Below are positions 59,055 to 64,000 of a DNA stretch of 64,000 bases, piece after piece. The translations under genes and the position numbers were made by a program. The stretch comes from Candidatus Poribacteria bacterium (GTDB lineage: Bacteria; Poribacteria; WGA-4E; WGA-3G), in NCBI GenBank assembly GCA_965205015.1, contig OZ242029.1:3680001-3744000 (forward strand), written 5' to 3'. How positions within the stretch are numbered: position 1 is the stretch's first letter; every line of letters begins with the position of its first letter. The notes below the pieces were generated by a model. The model did no database searches, was not told where the DNA came from, and worked only from the letters and a program-made list of their open reading frames with translations.

Positions 59055-61647
59055 TGTTGTCCTCCTCCGATTCAGCATGAGGTCCAGAGATAAATTCGTA
59101 AGCTTCAATCAGGTCCAGCAACAAGGTCTCGTAGGATTTCTCATTTTTTTTATTTTTCTGTAGCATTGCATACCAAGGTCCGGGACTGTTCATAACATCA
59201 GGCCCCCCTTGCCAGTTCTGCTCTAACTCATCTCGGAGGATTTTCTCATTGCCACTTTCGAGACGACTTCGGAAATAGAGATATTCAAGTGTAGAAGTCT
59301 GTCTACCCAATTTGAGCGATTGTCGAAGTTGGTAAAGCTGTGAACGTGGGAAATCACTTTCTTTCAAGACTTGGACAGTATCAATGAAACCACAAAGTTC
59401 ATGCAATGTAAACGGACGCATGGTTAGCGAATCCCCTTTATCAGTCTTATAAAACTGCTGGCGAAAATCGTTTAATTCACTGGCAATCATTAAGAGTGAT
59501 TTGAGGGAAAAAAAGTCAACCGTTCCACCAGAATAACCAAACTTCGTTTTTAGCATCTTTGCCCTGGTTTTCGCAGATTTGAGTAATTTGCCAGCAAGGT
59601 CTTCCATAAATGCAATCGGCATATGCTCATTTGCAATTACTAAACCGAGAGACATGCTAAATTGTGGCAATTGACTATCTGCCCCGTTTTCCCACTGTTG
59701 GCGTTGGTAGCGTTGTGCTGTATTTGGACATTTCGCTTTTTCGTTTTCGTACACTGAACGACTCATGAAGGTTTCGTCAAAGTTGATTCCGATCTCGTAG
59801 GCGATTTCGAGTGCCTTATCGCCTGGGACAATTAGAATAAGATCGTCACCACCAATACTAATGATTTCAAATGGGAAAACGTATCGGGGGTTATCGTCTT
59901 TTATTTCGATCGGTTTAAGTTTCGCCAATGCCTTAAACGTTGCCTCCTGCATTGCAACAAAAACCCGTTCGGAGAATTGACGATATTGTGCTGCGGTTTG
60001 GATCTTCTCCAAATAGCCTCCCATATTGTTGCCATCTGCATAGATAAATGCGATGAAACCCTCCGGATCGCTTGCCTTTCCAATATCACTTAAGTCGTTT
60101 GGACCATCAGGCGGCTTCTTATAATTTAGCGACAAGTCTGGAGATGATGCAACATATTCGTTGAATAACGAGATCCAATCAGTCAAACGATAATTTCCGC
60201 CTCCATCTTGCTCTGCTGGTGACCATTGAAGCCCCTTGGTGAAAGGAACTAACTCGTTGATTTTCAGCTGCTTTTTTGATGCCCGCCCCGTAATGTATTT
60301 ACGCCAGCATGCTTCACACAGTTGTTGATCCGTTGAGATTTCGGGAATATGAATAACAGGCCGACGGTCACAACTATTACATGTTTGGCTATAGGGATCG
60401 CGTTCAATGAAAACGGGCAAATCACGGCTTGTTTTTCGATGCAGCATTTGATTTCCCTCTCGCCGCTTGAATTTTGCCATCGCCAATTTTGACGTTAGTT
60501 CTCCGAAAGTCTTTTTACTGAAGAAGTTTGGTGCCTCTTTTCCACCGAAGTAATTCTCTATGACTCGGCCTACTTCAGTTTCTGCACTTTGTCCTGTCTC
60601 GTGAAATTCTTCAATCCAAAACCGTTCAGGGTTCAAACCATACTGTAGCTCAAGTAAGTCAAACGTGTTCCCAACGGCAACACTGTTTGAAGTAAGTGTT
60701 TCCTGCGTATAAATCCGTTCAATTTCATCAGCAATATCGTGAACGATCGAGGCAGGCGTAAAGGCGAGACAATCACCACCGGCGGAATAGATAACACATT
60801 CTCGGGCAGACAAACTATGTCCGCTCCGTTTTCTGAAGTTTTTTTGAATATCTTCTGACCGTTTGGGATCCTCAAGGGATTTGCGTCCTAAGAGAGCAGG
60901 GAGGTATTCAATATTAATGCGGTCAAGTAACGTACTTGCTCCGCGAATTTCGGGCAACTTTGCAGATTCAAAAACATAGCCCTTAATCTTCGTGGCACCC
61001 CCCGATACAAGCCCTACCTGACGCACTTTCAACGCAGTATACTGTTTCAACTGATGTGTGGAAAACGACGCTCGAGCATCCACGGGAGAGTGCTCAGATG
61101 CCACTGTTTTCGCCGCATGCACAATCTGTGCGCACACATCGCCGTCTGATTCTGGGGCGATCGCCGAAGTCAAAAGTCCAGCCCACACAGCATCGTAAAC
61201 ATCGTCGAGCCCATCCTCTTTCCATGTTGCTGTCAATGCAGAGAGGCGTAGTTGATCCAAGATGTCAGTATCAGACTTGTAACCGTTGTCATAACCCAGG
61301 CAATACGCGATCGCTGAGGCGGTTAGCGCATGATCCGCAACCGTTGCCCCCGGGAGTGAACGGCACGGCATCCACCGGAATGATCGGAATGATAATTCAC
61401 CGTCTGCCCCAACTCTTCCTTGCCATAATACATCCAGTTGGGGAAGCAGCAACTCGATCATGAAAGAGACACGCTCGGTGATACGCTGCTCGGGCCAGTC
61501 TCGAATATGTGCAGCGGTTTGCTCAACAACAGTGTCCCAATCTTCTTGTGTGATGCCGAATTGATCTCCCAAGATCAGATCTGTCCAACAATAATGTATT
61601 TGTTGCCCTTCTTTAAGCAGTTTACCTGTTTTCCAATCTCTGGTCAT
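59047..61647 (-). CDS. cas10: Cas10 large subunit with cyclase (GGDD) motif
   Basis: IKGYVFESAKLPEIRGASTLL, YSAGGD, CNSC..CEAC, YADGNNMG, SIGGDDLIL. No recognisable intact HD nuclease. Confidence 0.95.
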   Translation of the reverse strand: MTRDWKTGKLLKEGQQIHYCWTDLILGDQFGITQEDWDTVVEQTAAHIRDWPEQRITERVSFMIELLLPQLDVLWQGRVGADGELSFRSFRWMPCRSLPGATVADHALTASAIAYCLGYDNGYKSDTDILDQLRLSALTATWKEDGLDDVYDAVWAGLLTSAIAPESDGDVCAQIVHAAKTVASEHSPVDARASFSTHQLKQYTALKVRQVGLVSGGATKIKGYVFESAKLPEIRGASTLLDRINIEYLPALLGRKSLEDPKRSEDIQKNFRKRSGHSLSARECVIYSAGGDCLAFTPASIVHDIADEIERIYTQETLTSNSVAVGNTFDLLELQYGLNPERFWIEEFHETGQSAETEVGRVIENYFGGKEAPNFFSKKTFGELTSKLAMAKFKRREGNQMLHRKTSRDLPVFIERDPYSQTCNSCDRRPVIHIPEISTDQQLCEACWRKYITGRASKKQLKINELVPFTKGLQWSPAEQDGGGNYRLTDWISLFNEYVASSPDLSLNYKKPPDGPNDLSDIGKASDPEGFIAFIYADGNNMGGYLEKIQTAAQYRQFSERVFVAMQEATFKALAKLKPIEIKDDNPRYVFPFEIISIGGDDLILIVPGDKALEIAYEIGINFDETFMSRSVYENEKAKCPNTAQRYQRQQWENGADSQLPQFSMSLGLVIANEHMPIAFMEDLAGKLLKSAKTRAKMLKTKFGYSGGTVDFFSLKSLLMIASELNDFRQQFYKTDKGDSLTMRPFTLHELCGFIDTVQVLKESDFPRSQLYQLRQSLKLGRQTSTLEYLYFRSRLESGNEKILRDELEQNWQGGPDVMNSPGPWYAMLQKNKKNEKSYETLLLDLIEAYEFISGPHAESEEDNSD

Positions 61648-61711
61648 ACGCCTCCTCCACTTTTCATTCATCCATCATGACGTGAAAGTTCCCGCTTTGT
61701 ATACTTTGAAC

Positions 61712-62854
61712 CTACTTTATATCCAACCAGTCGTTGAGATCTGCTACAACACCTGCTAATTGGTCCAAGTCCTCTGTCGTTGTGATGACTCTAAACTTCA
61801 CACACCACGTCCCATTCGAGTATATGCCTTGAACATCTCTGCCTGAGAGCCGAAATCGCGTTGATTCCGACAGATCTGGATTCCAATAGGTTGAGTGGCA
61901 GTATCGGACATAGGACCTTGCCTCGGTGACCTCTTGCAAAAAGTGTAAAACAAAAGGGCGGGCTTGGTTGTAGCCGTGTTTGCCCAACTCTGGTTTTTCT
62001 TTTTCACGATTATATGCAGCACGCGGGAGACTTGTCTCCTTCAACACTTGAAAACGGGAACGGAAGGTCTCGTGGAAAATCTGTCCCGTGGCTGAAAGTT
62101 CAAGATAGTCCTCGCCTTCGATTTTCACGCGATTGATCAGTGGTTCAAAGCGTTCATCCCAATCCTCACTGAAATCTTTCCAAGGTTCACAAGCATTAGA
62201 CCGGCTCAGCGCCATAAACATACCGCTTGCACGTTGCCAGAGTGAAAAATCGAGTGCTACTGGCATGGGTGGAAAAGGGATAATCGCATCAAAACGTTCG
62301 TGCTTATAATATACTGGAATGTCAAGGGCTTGCCCCATGAGGACAGCAATCGCGATCTGGGCTTTATACCCGCCTGTTGCATTAATCGCGCATGGCGTAT
62401 AATTCTGTCTTGATTCACGCACCCGTTCACCGAAAAGTTTGGCAAGATTACGCAAACCTTGGGTCCGAAATAGGTTGGGATCATCGTCACGTAAACCCTC
62501 CACACAATGAATTTCTACCTGCCAACCGTCCTGTGTGAAGTAGAAGTGTAAAATCTGAGCGATTGCTGATCCATCACCTGTCTCAGAGTGAAATAGATGA
62601 AGGTAGCCTTTCTCAATAATCCCTTGTTTAAGGAGATCCGTCACAGAGTTAATTTCTGCACCGCAGAGTCGCTCGGTCGGATTGATTTGATGTAGTTGAG
62701 TCGCTACTTCTAACCAATTTTTGTCGGAATACGCCTGAGCCAGGGCAGCACGGATCGGGTCAGTTTGTTTTTCCTTAATAAGATTGGATAGGTTGGGATA
62801 TACCAGACTTGTTCCAATTGTACAGAGGAGTGTGTGGGGTCGTGATTTGGACAT
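61712..62854 (-). CDS. APE2256/SSO1393-family CARF protein with an extra C-terminal domain
   Basis: LCTIGTSL, GAEINS, LFHSETGDG, INATGGYKAQ, PVYYKHERF. Confidence 0.82.
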   Translation of the reverse strand: MSKSRPHTLLCTIGTSLVYPNLSNLIKEKQTDPIRAALAQAYSDKNWLEVATQLHQINPTERLCGAEINSVTDLLKQGIIEKGYLHLFHSETGDGSAIAQILHFYFTQDGWQVEIHCVEGLRDDDPNLFRTQGLRNLAKLFGERVRESRQNYTPCAINATGGYKAQIAIAVLMGQALDIPVYYKHERFDAIIPFPPMPVALDFSLWQRASGMFMALSRSNACEPWKDFSEDWDERFEPLINRVKIEGEDYLELSATGQIFHETFRSRFQVLKETSLPRAAYNREKEKPELGKHGYNQARPFVLHFLQEVTEARSYVRYCHSTYWNPDLSESTRFRLSGRDVQGIYSNGTWCVKFRVITTTEDLDQLAGVVADLNDWLDIK

Positions 62855-62897
62855 TAAATATTCCTATATTTACTATATCATTGCTTATTTTCGTCGG

Positions 62898-64000
62898 TCA
62901 GTTTAGTTCCTTTAATAATTTATTCCAAAAATTCTGAACGCTCTGAAGAGATGTAGGAGACTCGTCAAGTGCATCTATCCGCATTGCATGATGATGCCAT
63001 GCATTGCGTAATTCTTCCGTCAGTTGATTCCAGAAATTACCAAATCCTTCCGGCACCGATGATATAGGTGTGGATGTGGATACCTCCCCTCTTGCAGCAG
63101 CTCCGATAGCACCGAGTTCTTTGCTATACCATTCCCGCACATCAAGTTCCAACCAATTCTGAATATCCTTACAATTGTCTGATTTCCAAATTACCCAAGA
63201 GACCACCCACTCCCGCATCAAACCGACTGCCAGTGAAAGTTGATCTCGTTCCAGATACAAATTGATCATATAAGCCTGACGCTTTAACTCATCTTCATTC
63301 AAAGGGATCTCCTCTTTCCATTTTCCTTTACGCGGCGGAGATTCTTCAAAAGCTAATTGTTCTGTCGCGCTGGTGATGCTCTTGGTGAGTTCGCCAACAA
63401 GGGGTGGGAGACTGGGACTGTCTATTGTGGGAAGTGCTTGAACTGAATCTATGAGCCCTCTACTGGCTTTTTCCAATTCTAAAGGCAAGGCAGACTCATA
63501 AGCAAACGCATACTTTTCGAGCCACTTAACAGAACTCCTGACCTGTGTGGCCTGTTCCGAACGTTCTTCCCCCGCATCCTTCTTACCTTCCTTAAATAAT
63601 TGTCCAGTTTCTTGACGTAGCACCGCCGCTAATGGCTGGAGGAGACCCGCTATGGGCTTTGTCGTGCCCTGATCGCGGAACATCCGAACTGCATAGAACC
63701 ATTCTGGTAATTCCAGGAGTGGCTGTAGGTCAATGATGGGTTTGGGTTCATCTGGCGGTATCCCTTCAAACATACCGTAGTAGGCACCGCGGATATTGAC
63801 GCCACGAAGCGATGTAAGGTAGAGCACCAAGGCATAGAAGATAAAAGGAAAGTGTCGGAACCCCTGTGTGACATCGAGCGTTAGGTCAGCCCCTTCTGGA
63901 ATCCTATTAGCAACGGACTCAAGAATCTGACGAATTTCGTCGGTGCTGCTTCCGTCAGGGATCTCAATTAACTCGGGACTTAGTTTAAGGGTTCTACAGA
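62898..64000 (-). CDS. csx1: Csx1/TM1812-family CARF-HEPN RNase (5' end outside the window)
   Basis: Frame open to the window edge: IPDGSSTDEIRQI...LDVTQGFRHFP (DxTHG-like); HEPN RNAWHH. Confidence 0.82.
   Translation of the reverse strand, partial: CRTLKLSPELIEIPDGSSTDEIRQILESVANRIPEGADLTLDVTQGFRHFPFIFYALVLYLTSLRGVNIRGAYYGMFEGIPPDEPKPIIDLQPLLELPEWFYAVRMFRDQGTTKPIAGLLQPLAAVLRQETGQLFKEGKKDAGEERSEQATQVRSSVKWLEKYAFAYESALPLELEKASRGLIDSVQALPTIDSPSLPPLVGELTKSITSATEQLAFEESPPRKGKWKEEIPLNEDELKRQAYMINLYLERDQLSLAVGLMREWVVSWVIWKSDNCKDIQNWLELDVREWYSKELGAIGAAARGEVSTSTPISSVPEGFGNFWNQLTEELRNAWHHHAMRIDALDESPTSLQSVQNFWNKLLKELN

Noticed and set aside
1-64000. tRNA, rRNA, integrase or prophage genes
   Set aside because: None recognised by eye; tRNAscan-SE or Infernal would be needed to exclude small RNAs.

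Overview
Bacterial chromosomal window, probably Candidatus Poribacteria (inferred from a LamG protein ending in the KLATSWGKIK-type tail and a PhyH-HEAT fusion). It has three parts. (1) 0.6-11.2 kb is a decaying type I restriction-modification locus: hsdM intact, hsdS with a nonsense codon and an IS4-family insertion, hsdR 5'-deleted with an in-frame stop. It carries defence/TA cargo (Rpn, AAA ATPase plus two DUF4276-like paralogs, BrnT/BrnA, XRE and UPF0175 remnants), and an 8.6-kb part of it is bracketed by a 50-bp direct repeat. (2) 11.3-42.1 kb holds envelope and housekeeping genes, including mfd, three parvulin PPIases and an unusual LptD with parvulin domains inserted into it, plus many short hairpin, MITE and REP-like intergenic elements. 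(3) 42.5-64 kb is a type III-D CRISPR-Cas locus: a 38-repeat array transcribed on the minus strand, an adaptation module cas2-SWIM-RT(internally deleted)-cas1, cas6 with an apparent 5' frameshift, the effector operon, and three CARF effectors. Several spacers match ribosome-binding/start-codon regions, and there is a possible orphan second leader with a single repeat. All family assignments come from motif recognition by eye, not from database searches.
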